Positions 9,808 through 20,525 of a DNA stretch of 64,000 bases are shown one piece after another. Position 1 is the stretch's first letter; each line of letters starts with the position of its first letter. The translations under genes were made by a program, and so were the position numbers. Location: contig CAZQBY010000005.1 of NCBI GenBank assembly GCA_964592405.1, forward strand, positions 24,703 to 88,702. The letters run 5' to 3'. This DNA is from an uncultured archaeon (lineage in GTDB: Archaea > Altiarchaeota > Altiarchaeia > JAFGQM01). The notes beneath the pieces are model-generated. The model saw nothing but the letters and a program-made list of their open reading frames with translations. It made no database searches and was not told where the DNA came from.

Positions 9808-9939
9808 ACTCCCCAAACAACCCCACTTTTTTCTTTTTAAGCCTTTTTCTTCTAATTATCCAGGTGGTAAAACCAACTAGCAGACCTGAATTTTGGTCTT
9901 GAAAAGCGGCGCTTTTCCATGTTCAAAATTTAGGCTTGA

Positions 9940-11859
<1,920 letters not shown>

Positions 11860-11866
11860 GGAAGAC

Positions 11867-14734
11867 ATGATGGATGATGCTGATGGGAAAGACCAACAAC
11901 AGAAAGACCAGCAACAGGAGGCCGGCACTCCAAACGACCCAACAGTCGGCAGTATCGGAAGGCAGATAATCCCTCAAAATATTGAGGATGAGATGAAGGA
12001 GTCATATATAGATTACTCCATGTCAGTCATAATAGGGCGCGCCCTGCCGGATGTCCGCGACGGACTAAAACCAGTTCACCGTAGGATACTCTATGCCATG
12101 AATGAACTTGGTCTACAGCACAATAAACCATATACCAAATCCGCCACTGTTGTTGGTGAGGTTCTTGGAAAATACCATCCCCACGGAGATACTGCAGTCT
12201 ATGATACTCTAGTCCGCATGGCGCAGGACTTCTCACTGCGCTACCCACTCGTTGATGGTCAGGGTAACTTTGGTTCAATAGACGGGGATCCCGCAGCTGC
12301 TTACAGATATACTGAAGTGAGGATGTCCAAGATAGCCGGCGAGATGCTTGCCGACATTGAGAAGAACACCGTCGATATGGTATCAAACTACAACGAGACA
12401 CGGCAGGAGCCCACAGTACTCCCCTCCAGATTTCCAAACCTCCTAGTCAACGGATCATCCGGCATAGCCGTCGGCATGGCTACGAACATGCCCCCCCACA
12501 ACCTATCCGAAGTCATTGACGGAATAACCGCTACCATAGATAATCCCCAAATAACGATTCAGGAGCTCATGCAGTATATCAAGGGCCCGGATTTCCCAAC
12601 AGGAGCCACCATTTGTGGTCAGGGCGGCATAGTCCAGGCCTATACAACTGGCAGGGGTAGTATCAGGATAAGGGCAAAGGCAGAAATAATAAAAAACAAA
12701 AACAGGGAGTCGATAATCGTCACGGAAATACCCTACCAGATAAACAAGGCCAACCTGATAGGCTCCATAGCCGAGCTGGTTAAGGATAAGAAGATAGATG
12801 GCATCTCGGATATAAGGGACGAATCTGATAGAGAAGGTATGCGCATAGTCATTGAGATAAAACAAGGGGCGCAGGCCGATATTGTCCTGAATCAGCTCTA
12901 CAAACATACGGCCATGGAGGCCACTTTTGGTGTCATAAATCTTGCTCTTGTAGACAACAAACCCGTAGTTCTCACTCTCAAGGGGCTCATAACCAATTTC
13001 ATAAAACATCGCAAAAACGTCATAACACGAAGATGCCAGTTCGAACTCAAAAAATCTGAGGACCGCATCCATATTCTTGAGGGCTTCAGAATAGCTCTCA
13101 ACAACATAGATGGTGTGGTCAAGCTCATCAGGGGTTCAGAGAACATAGAATCGGCCCGCACAAGTCTTGTCAGCAGTTTTGGGCTTTCGGATAAACAGGC
13201 CAAAGCCATACTGGAAATGCGCCTCCAGAAGCTGACCGGTCTGGAGCGTGAGAAAATAGAGCAGGAATATGGGGAACTTCTCAAATACATAAAGTGGTTA
13301 AAGGAGGTCTTGGCTGATGAGGGGCGGATTCTCCAGATAATCAAAGATGAACTTGCTGAAATAAAGAATACCTATGGAGATGAGAGAAGAACTGAAATAG
13401 GTGAGGCAGTTGATGATATTGATATTGAAGATCTGATACCTGAGGAGCGCATGGTTGTTTCCATAACCAACCAAGGATATATCAAGAGACTGCCCCTGAC
13501 CACATACCGTGCACAGAGAAGAGGGGGCAGGGGAGTCATAGGGATGGATACAAAGGAAGGAGATTTTGTCGAACAGCTTTTTATAGCCTCAACCCATGAC
13601 TACATGCTTTTTTTCACCAACAGGGGACGGGTTTACTGGCTCAAGGTCTATCAGCTTCCAATTGCAGGGCGGTATTCCCGCGGCTCAGCGATAGTAAACC
13701 TCCTCCAACTGGAAAAGGATGAAAAGGTGGAGGCCGCTATCAGAATAAATGAGTTCAAAAAAGGTTATTATCTGGTAATGATAACCAAGGAAGGCCTGAT
13801 AAAAAAGACAGAGCTGGAGGCTTACAGCCGTCCGAGGAAGGGGGGAATAATAGGGATAAGACTCAGGGAGAATGATGAGCTGGTAAGTGTTCTCCTGACT
13901 AAAGGAGATGACGAGATACTGGTCTCAACCAGAAACGGAAAGGTAATAAGGTTTAGTGAAACTGATGTGCGCGCAGTGGGGAGAAACTCTATGGGAGTCA
14001 GAGCCATAAAACTGAAGAACGAAGACAAGGTGGTCAGTGCGGTGGTCATAGATGTGGAATCGTCCCTTCTCACAATCACAGAGAACGGATATGGCAAGCG
14101 GACGCCGTTCAACAAATACTCCCTTCAAAAACGCGCCGGCCAAGGAGTTATAGATATCAAAACAACTGAGAGAAACGGGGGCGTGGTTGGATCCATAACA
14201 GTCCGAGAGGATGATGAAATAATGTCCATAACGTCAAAAGGGATTATAATAAGAACCCCAGTCTCTGACATATCCCAAATCGGCAGGAATACCCAGGGGG
14301 TCCGGATAATGAAGCTTGAAGAAGGCAACAAGGTAGTATCCATTGCGCGCATAGTAGGTGAAAAAGAGGAGGAAGAGATAGAGGGCGAAGTGGAAACCAT
14401 GGCAAAAGGTGCAGAAGCAGAAGAAGAGCCTCTAGCCGAAATCGAGAGGATCTCAGAAGAAAGACCTGCGCCCAAAGCCGAAGAGACAGACGAAGAAACA
14501 AATAAAACAACTATAGAGAGGGCCCTAGAGGAGATCGAGCCGGAGAGAAAGGAGCATACAGAAAAACCTGAAGAGCCTGTGCCAAAGGCGGATAAAACCA
14601 TCTTCCCGAGAGAAGAGATTGATGAACCAAAATCAGGCAGGGAGGTCCCGGATTATCTACTACGCTATATCAAAGCAAATCCAAAATCACCAAAAGCAAT
14701 CAAGGTTGCGCGCGAATATGGTATAGAACTGTAA
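11867..14734 (+). CDS. gyrA: DNA gyrase subunit A
   Basis: [22 protein letters not shown], catalytic AAYRYTE, GyrA-box QRRGGRG, beta-pinwheel repeats and an acidic tail. Confidence 0.98.
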   Translation: MMDDADGKDQQQKDQQQEAGTPNDPTVGSIGRQIIPQNIEDEMKESYIDYSMSVIIGRALPDVRDGLKPVHRRILYAMNELGLQHNKPYTKSATVVGEVLGKYHPHGDTAVYDTLVRMAQDFSLRYPLVDGQGNFGSIDGDPAAAYRYTEVRMSKIAGEMLADIEKNTVDMVSNYNETRQEPTVLPSRFPNLLVNGSSGIAVGMATNMPPHNLSEVIDGITATIDNPQITIQELMQYIKGPDFPTGATICGQGGIVQAYTTGRGSIRIRAKAEIIKNKNRESIIVTEIPYQINKANLIGSIAELVKDKKIDGISDIRDESDREGMRIVIEIKQGAQADIVLNQLYKHTAMEATFGVINLALVDNKPVVLTLKGLITNFIKHRKNVITRRCQFELKKSEDRIHILEGFRIALNNIDGVVKLIRGSENIESARTSLVSSFGLSDKQAKAILEMRLQKLTGLEREKIEQEYGELLKYIKWLKEVLADEGRILQIIKDELAEIKNTYGDERRTEIGEAVDDIDIEDLIPEERMVVSITNQGYIKRLPLTTYRAQRRGGRGVIGMDTKEGDFVEQLFIASTHDYMLFFTNRGRVYWLKVYQLPIAGRYSRGSAIVNLLQLEKDEKVEAAIRINEFKKGYYLVMITKEGLIKKTELEAYSRPRKGGIIGIRLRENDELVSVLLTKGDDEILVSTRNGKVIRFSETDVRAVGRNSMGVRAIKLKNEDKVVSAVVIDVESSLLTITENGYGKRTPFNKYSLQKRAGQGVIDIKTTERNGGVVGSITVREDDEIMSITSKGIIIRTPVSDISQIGRNTQGVRIMKLEEGNKVVSIARIVGEKEEEEIEGEVETMAKGAEAEEEPLAEIERISEERPAPKAEETDEETNKTTIERALEEIEPERKEHTEKPEEPVPKADKTIFPREEIDEPKSGREVPDYLLRYIKANPKSPKAIKVAREYGIEL

Positions 14735-14809
14735 TGGGCCTGGCCAGATTTGAACTGGCGACCTCTCGATTATCAGTCGAGCGCTATAACCAGGCTAAGC
14801 CACAGGCCC
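14735..14809 (-). tRNA. tRNA-Ile(GAU)
   Basis: Reverse complement GGGCCTG...CTCGA-CTGATAA-TCGAG...GTTCAAATC...CAGGCCCA folds as a cloverleaf; CCA not encoded. Confidence 0.95.
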
Positions 14810-14916
14810 GTGCCTCTATTTTGAAGATAAGTACTCAAAAAGTTTTCGGCCCCCGGGCTACATCAGCCACCCCAATACATAAATGAGCTGATAATATCAA
14901 TAATTAACACATAAAT

Positions 14917-15663
14917 TCAGAGCGAAAGCAGATTTCGGAGCCTCAAGAACCTCGGCGGCCTATAGTCCGCCCCAACCAGGTTGGCTGCCAGCTGCTTGTA
15001 GCTAACGGCCGCTTTGGAGTAGGGGGAGTGAAATACTAGGGGTGTCCGTTCGAATATCGACCTCTTTATTCCTTTGTCCTCTGGTATCCGGGCAAGCACA
15101 GGCGCCTCACAGAGAGCCTCAATTTCGTGCACAAGAATCTCTGCCGCATCATTCTCTACCCTGTTTACTATAACCCCAAGATTGTCCTTTCCCATGTTCC
15201 TGGAGATCTCAAGTATCTTGATGGCATCCGTTACCGAGGGGACATCCGGATTTGTTATAACCAAGATGTCATCGCACGCCTCCATAATATGGTATATATC
15301 CTTACTAAATCCAGGGGGCGCATCTACTATCACCAATCCCTCCAGACCATCCCTGATAACATCCTTGAAACCAGACATATCCACTATACTCTGCTCTAGA
15401 GAAAGGGATGCAGGGATTATCTTCATGCCGCGCAGCACCACCTTAACTGCTTTGTATATATGTGTCCTCTTTTTTAGGACATCCTGAAGAGATGAGCTTG
15501 CATCCGGGAGACCGAGATGTACTGTCAGATTGGCGGAACTAATATCTGCATCTACCAGTATGGACTCATGACCAAATTCATGGAGGGCTGCAGATAGGTT
15601 AATGGCCGTGACAGTCTTTCCGACCCCCCCTTTGCCGGAGAGAACACCAATTACTCGTTGCAT
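14917..15663 (-). CDS. minD: MinD/ParA family ATPase
   Basis: Deviant Walker A SGKGGVGKT, LVDAD, IVDAPPG, IVNRV; amphipathic C-terminus RFLRLRNLLSL. Confidence 0.9.
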   Translation of the reverse strand: MQRVIGVLSGKGGVGKTVTAINLSAALHEFGHESILVDADISSANLTVHLGLPDASSSLQDVLKKRTHIYKAVKVVLRGMKIIPASLSLEQSIVDMSGFKDVIRDGLEGLVIVDAPPGFSKDIYHIMEACDDILVITNPDVPSVTDAIKILEISRNMGKDNLGVIVNRVENDAAEILVHEIEALCEAPVLARIPEDKGIKRSIFERTPLVFHSPYSKAAVSYKQLAANLVGADYRPPRFLRLRNLLSL

Positions 15664-15786
15664 TATAGTGATTTACACCAAAGAACTCCACTATACTATC
15701 AGGAAGCCCAATAAAAATCAGGAGCATCCATTTTAATATCTGCAACAACAATATATCGCTACAGGTTATTTAATAGGGGTGCAGAT

Positions 15787-16209
15787 ATGGACAAAATTGT
15801 TGCGGTTGCCTCTATACTCGCTATAGTCGCCATACTCTCAGTGACCTTGATTCTAAATCCTTTTGCCCCCCCTTCACCCCTTCAGGAGGGGGCTGTCGAG
15901 GAGAGTGATGGCACTGGCGGAGTTGTGGGGACGGCTCCTGAACCAGAATCGGAAGGTGATGAAGCGACCCACCCAGAGATAAATATCAATCAGGCAACAA
16001 TAGAGTCCATAATAACCCCCAAAGTAAGTGGAAACTGCACCCTCTACAAACACGTAGTGAAGAACAAATGGGAGTGTTTTGGAACTGCTGGCAACTTCAG
16101 CAAAATAGCCACAAACGAATACCGGCCAGCAGAATCAGACACCTACTTTTGCAGGCCTACCGAGTATGGGTGCAAGCTTTACCAGAGGGTGGACTTCCAA
16201 CTGGGATAA
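15787..16209 (+). CDS. Membrane-anchored hypothetical protein with a small Cys-containing C-terminal domain
   Basis: N-terminal TM segment, acidic/Pro linker, four Cys in the C-terminal domain. Confidence 0.7.
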   Translation: MDKIVAVASILAIVAILSVTLILNPFAPPSPLQEGAVEESDGTGGVVGTAPEPESEGDEATHPEININQATIESIITPKVSGNCTLYKHVVKNKWECFGTAGNFSKIATNEYRPAESDTYFCRPTEYGCKLYQRVDFQLG

Positions 16210-16330
16210 TGTGCGCGCACACAATAATCCAGGCAACTCGGATGTGAGGGCTCTGGGAGATATTGTTTTGCTGACGTGCTGTATGATTATCCTTTGGTGA
16301 GGCCGGCCGCCAGAGGCGATCCTCATAAAA

Positions 16331-16404
16331 AGCCCCCGGAGGGATTTGAACCCTCGACTTGCTGATTACAAGTCAGCCGCTCTGCCAGACTGAGCTACGG
16401 AGGC
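16331..16404 (-). tRNA. tRNA-Thr(UGU)
   Basis: Reverse complement GCCTCCGTAGCTCAG...GCTGA-CTTGTAA-TCAGC...GGTTCAAATCC...CGGGGGCT. Confidence 0.95.
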
Positions 16405-16460
16405 AAGCACCCCCACATATGATTTCTCCCACAAGCGCTGCATCTGCCCAAGGATAGGAA

Positions 16461-16536
16461 TAGCGGGGGTGGGATTTGAACCACACGACCTTCGGGTTAT
16501 GAGCCCGACGAGCACTCCTGGCTGCTCAACCCCGCT
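16461..16536 (-). tRNA. Initiator tRNA-Met(CAU)
   Basis: Reverse complement AGCGGGG... with A1-U72; anticodon arm TCGGG-CTCATAA-CCCGA with the three G-C pairs typical of initiator tRNAs. Confidence 0.93.
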
Positions 16537-16633
16537 ATTAGAATAGTTAGGGGGGTATATTCGAAGTATGGACCATAAAAAATCAAGATGGTTGCGATTC
16601 CAAACCTTTTTTTCTAAAAACCTCAATATTATC

Positions 16634-16898
16634 AGCGGGCTAGGCCGGGGAGCTAGGGGTTCCCTCTTTCCCAAAATCCCCTTCAGGGAGCCGAATCCGA
16701 GGGGCGATTCGGTCTGGGTGGAGATGGATGGTTTTCCTCTGTGTCGATCCCTCGTCCCTTGGGGGCACATGTGATCCGAATCTGGTCAGGCCCTGACGGG
16801 AGCAGCCATAAGGATTATGTGTGTCGTCTAAGGAATCGCGAGGGGGAGCATGTAAACCACTCCTATCCATTTGGACCGTCTCCACCCGAGGGCCCGCT
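16634..16898 (+). ncRNA. ffs: Archaeal SRP RNA (7S), about 265 nt, apparently lacking helix 6
   Basis: 5' AGCGGGCTAGGCCGGGG pairs with 3' GCCCGCT (helix 1); helix 8 SRP54-binding motif GTCAGG-CCC-TGAC-GGG-AGCAGC. Confidence 0.9.
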
Positions 16899-16979
16899 AC
16901 CCAATCTTTCAATATGGCTTTTCTTACCCCTTCTTCTAATTTGACACTTGGATCTAAGTGTGTTCTAGGGTCGATCTGA

Positions 16980-17510
16980 GCCGAGGTCGGCGCAAACCCT
17001 CGCGGTTTGCTCACCTCAGCGCTCATAAGCAGAAAGGAAACCTACGCCGAGGTTGGGCGAACCTTCGGTTCGCAACCCTCGGCTAATATTCAGGGAGGAC
17101 GTTCACGCCGAGGTCGGGCTCGCTTCGCTCGCGACCCTCGGCACATTTGTAGAAGAGCTACCTTTGCCGAGGTGGGTGTAAACCTCTGCGGTTTGCTCAC
17201 CTCAGCGCTCATAAGCAGAAAGGAAACCTACGCCGAGGTGGCGGAATCTGGCTAACGCGCCAGATTGGAGATCTGTGGACCTCCTGTCTACCAAGAACGG
17301 GGGCCATTTCCAGACATCTGGTGCCCTTCGGGGCGTCTGGGTTCAAATCCCAGCCTCGGCGCTTCATTGTCTAAGCGACGCCTCGCGCCGAGGCGTCTGT
17401 TCACCTGCGCAACTTAGCGGCGAACAGGTGAACATCCCAGCCTCGGCGCTTCCTTCTCTAGGCAAATTAGCTGAGGGTCCCTGCAGCTTCGCTGCAGGTC
17501 TGACCTCGGC
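16980..17510 (+). repeat. Array of six hairpin units bounded by the tRNA-Ser acceptor stem, with 22-26 nt spacers, surrounding the tRNA-Ser gene
   Basis: Units at 16980-17020, 17046-17083, 17107-17142, 17166-17206, 17387-17447 and 17470-17510 start with GC(C/T)GAGG and end with CCTC(G/A)GC. A 52-nt exact repeat lies at 17002-17053 and 17188-17239. Confidence 0.88.
17232..17361 (+). tRNA. tRNA-Ser(GGA) with a 45-nt intron at position 37/38 (17271-17315)
   Basis: GCCGAGG/CCTCGGC acceptor stem with G discriminator; CCAGA-TTGGAG|A-TCTGG after splicing; long variable arm GCCC-TTCG-GGGC; GGTTCAAATCC T-arm. Confidence 0.92.
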
Positions 17511-17576
17511 GCTTCTACTCTACTTAGCTTAAGCTTGGCGCTAAATCTATTTATCCCACAACGCGCTAACCTAACC

Positions 17577-17828
17577 ATGGAAACTGTATGGCTTGGCTAT
17601 TTTGCCGGCATCCTTACAATGGCAGCATTCGTCCCACAAGTTCTGAAGAGTGTTACAACCCGGAGTACAAAAGACCTATCGCTCCCCATGCTTGTGATAA
17701 TGGCAGCCGGTCTGTGGATGTGGCTCACATACGGACTGGCAACTGGCGATCCGGCATTGATATTCACAAATATCATTCAGGGGAGCCTTGCGACAAGTCT
17801 TGTGATACTCAAGCTTAGGTATGGATAG
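17577..17828 (+). CDS. SemiSWEET / PQ-loop transporter
   Basis: AFVPQVLKS, TKDLS, LWMWLTYG and IFTN motifs; three TM helices; ATG at 17577. Confidence 0.9.
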   Translation: METVWLGYFAGILTMAAFVPQVLKSVTTRSTKDLSLPMLVIMAAGLWMWLTYGLATGDPALIFTNIIQGSLATSLVILKLRYG

Positions 17829-17876
17829 TCTGTTTTTCTTACCTTTTCCATATAATCCCCGTTCAACAAGTCCAAC

Positions 17877-19808
17877 ATGCTTGAATCCACTTGGACCAAC
17901 CACACTGGGAAAAGCCGTATTGGAGTCCGACTACCCGGAAAGAGGGGGTTTTATGTCTCAGCCCCTCTCCTCGGAGCTACACTATTCCTTGTAGCAGCGG
18001 TCTTGGCCGCCACAGTTGCAATAGAGAACGAGGCCCGTATACAGGTGGCAAGGAGCGCAGATATTCTGGGCAAGCTGCAATTCATGTCGCAGGCCATACT
18101 GGCTGACAGTTATAATGTCCTGTTGCAGACCAAACTTGAGGTCATGACAAAAGATTTCCTAGAGAGGGGATATTTTGATATAGACACACAGGAGAATGAC
18201 TGGAAGCAGTCAGTCAAGAGCAATCTGCAGAGCTATTACATAGACAACTTGGGCGAAACACTTGGACTGGATATAGCCGCCTATGCTAAGGCATATAGCA
18301 ATGTCCCAGGAATAGACAAGTGCTGGGTAGGGCATGCAGGAGACTACCAGTCAACACCCACTACTTATGACTCCAGCACGAATGATGGCAGTATTATGGT
18401 TATGGCAGCATCCTATGGTGAACGTATAGAGTGTGATGTCAGAGAACCCGAAGGACATCTTTCAGTGGACATACTGGGGAGGGCCTACAGAGTCAACATA
18501 CGTGTTGCAAAGCTCTATGATACTGCCAGATGGGTGATACTCACAACAAAAGGAGCACTGAACAGTGGCATAACCGGCGTGCCGGAGCCAGTAGCCTCTT
18601 GGAGCAGTTCCAGATGGATCAGAATCAAAAAGACGGATAATATCCCCGTGAATCCACAGGACTCACAGAATCTTCAGGCCATAATAGAGGACTGGAGCAG
18701 GATAATGAAATGGCTGGGCGATAGGATAATAAGCATATCCAACAACTATCTGAGTAGCAGCGGGCTGGTGGGTATCAGCCTTAGGGAGTTAGACATTGAA
18801 AAGGAAGAAAACGGGAAAGAACGGGGGCTGATGGACTTTGATATTTCATGCGCGGGGGAGAAGCAATACAGAAACTGTATGCCGTTTAGACTCAAGATAA
18901 CACTGGGAGATGCCGACTGCAGTAAGGGCGGGGAGCCCGTCATGTATGGATCAGAAAGTTTCTATCATCTGGCAGAGGAAAACCGATGGTGGATCAAATG
19001 CGGGGCGTCTGCCTGCCCACAGGAATTTAATGAGATCATGTACCAGATACTCAAGCCGATAGAAAGCGTCTGCGTGGACTACTTTGCCTATGTGGACTCA
19101 GTTTATCCGGTCTGCAGGAAGTGGATAGCAAAGGAAAAATCACTTACGATAAAAGGGGTTGTGGAGGACGACCACGAGGACTACTTGGCCACAGGATCCG
19201 AACATACACAGTTTAGGTTTAAGGACCAGCAGCCGAATGTTGATGTGACTACTACAAAGAAAAACCGCCTCAGATGTGATAAAGAGGGAATTGGTGAGCT
19301 GAAGGAGAATGACATCAATGTATACAAAAACAATGTGATCATCCTGCTGGAAAACATCATCATGAAATTTGGGGTGGCACGGGTTCCGGGCAGTTCTCTA
19401 AAAAGATGGGTAGACAAGGGAAGTGTTATAAGAGACCTAGATGATCCAACCCTGAAGCAGATATACAAGAACATCTATGGTCAGGGAGTCTTCCCCAAAA
19501 TCTGTTTTATGGGAGGTATTGCATCCAGCGACGAGTGTAAGAAACCCGAAATGTCGGAAAAACCCCAGATTGAGATATGGGTGGATTGGGACGAGACCAG
19601 AGAAAACTGCATAAATATGGTGGATAAGCTCTGCCAGACCTTCTACAATGACCCATCCCTAACAGCAGTTCCTGAATATACTGAGACATTCTGCAGGAAC
19701 CTCTTCCCAAGGAAGGAGGATGCAGTAGGAGGATATGGAAGATTGAGATGCGCCGGCAAGGGGGACGGGATATACATAGAGATAGGTCCTGGAGACACTA
19801 CCCCCTAA
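17877..19808 (+). CDS. Large Cys-rich protein with a class III (type IV pilin-like) signal peptide
   Basis: KRG|F followed by a hydrophobic helix; N-terminal region similar to the protein at 59557-62325. Confidence 0.75.
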   Translation: MLESTWTNHTGKSRIGVRLPGKRGFYVSAPLLGATLFLVAAVLAATVAIENEARIQVARSADILGKLQFMSQAILADSYNVLLQTKLEVMTKDFLERGYFDIDTQENDWKQSVKSNLQSYYIDNLGETLGLDIAAYAKAYSNVPGIDKCWVGHAGDYQSTPTTYDSSTNDGSIMVMAASYGERIECDVREPEGHLSVDILGRAYRVNIRVAKLYDTARWVILTTKGALNSGITGVPEPVASWSSSRWIRIKKTDNIPVNPQDSQNLQAIIEDWSRIMKWLGDRIISISNNYLSSSGLVGISLRELDIEKEENGKERGLMDFDISCAGEKQYRNCMPFRLKITLGDADCSKGGEPVMYGSESFYHLAEENRWWIKCGASACPQEFNEIMYQILKPIESVCVDYFAYVDSVYPVCRKWIAKEKSLTIKGVVEDDHEDYLATGSEHTQFRFKDQQPNVDVTTTKKNRLRCDKEGIGELKENDINVYKNNVIILLENIIMKFGVARVPGSSLKRWVDKGSVIRDLDDPTLKQIYKNIYGQGVFPKICFMGGIASSDECKKPEMSEKPQIEIWVDWDETRENCINMVDKLCQTFYNDPSLTAVPEYTETFCRNLFPRKEDAVGGYGRLRCAGKGDGIYIEIGPGDTTP

Positions 19809-19874
19809 ATCCGCTGGATATATCCGCCACATATCCTAATTGTGACTTTTCTAACTTGATGTTCAAAACCTATT

Positions 19875-20525
19875 ATGCTTTTTGACCACCACATCCATTC
19901 CAAATATTCTGCTCTCGACTCCGCTTCGGAGATAGGGGACATAATAACATCAGCCAGAGAGCGGGGACTTGGAGGGATAGCAGTGAGCGATCATGATGAG
20001 ATAACCGGGTCGCTTATTGCTGCAAAACGGTCTTCAGACGACCTGATTATAATTCCTTCGGTAGAAATAAGTTCAGCAGATGGGCATATTATCGGATTTG
20101 GCATCAAAAAAAAGATTGAGGCTGCCCTTTCGGCAGAGGAAACCATAAGGAGGATACACCACCTCGGAGGCATAGCTATAGCGGCCCACCCCTACGATGT
20201 CTTCAGGCACGGTGTAAAGGATCTGTGCTGGAAGCTGGACTTTGATGCCATAGAGGTGAACGGCCACTGTCTTTATGGAAACAGGGAGGCTGAGAGGGCT
20301 GCAAGGGAGCATAAAAAACCACTGGTTGGAGGGAGCGATGCTCACGCATTGGGTGGCATAGGTGTAATAGCAACCGAAGTCAATGGCAACGGAGCAGATG
20401 AGATTATGCAAAACATCATGGAAGGTAAGTGCAGACCAGTTTACTGCAGGAACAGAATTTCACTCAAAACCTCAATAATTACAGACAAAATCTTTAGAAA
20501 ATACCACCTAGCAAGGAGGCTATAG
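19875..20525 (+). CDS. PHP-domain metal-dependent phosphoesterase
   Basis: DHHIHS, VSDHD, EIS..GHI, AAHPY and GGSDAH metal-binding motifs. Confidence 0.92.
   Translation: MLFDHHIHSKYSALDSASEIGDIITSARERGLGGIAVSDHDEITGSLIAAKRSSDDLIIIPSVEISSADGHIIGFGIKKKIEAALSAEETIRRIHHLGGIAIAAHPYDVFRHGVKDLCWKLDFDAIEVNGHCLYGNREAERAAREHKKPLVGGSDAHALGGIGVIATEVNGNGADEIMQNIMEGKCRPVYCRNRISLKTSIITDKIFRKYHLARRL

Noticed and set aside
16210-16330. Possible structured RNA or degenerate C/D sRNA downstream of tRNA-Thr
   Set aside because: Partial pairing (TGAGG/CCTCA, CTCTG/CAGAG) and one CTGA, but no convincing C boxes; unsupported without a covariance search.
17021-17029. Array spacer GCTCATAAG as a target of the C/D sRNA D guide
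   Set aside because: Only 9 contiguous bp; a tRNA-Met anticodon loop is the more established target. Probably coincidental but easy to test.
16980-17510. CRISPR array
   Set aside because: The units are not identical repeats; only the 7-bp termini are conserved, they match the tRNA acceptor stem, one spacer is duplicated, and there are no cas genes in the window.
16366-17532. Short ORFs (16366-16770, 16568-16774, 16640-17026, 16741-16944, 17007-17255, 17275-17532)
   Set aside because: They overlap tRNAs, the SRP RNA and the hairpin array; the repeated AEVG peptides are just translations of GCCGAGGT.
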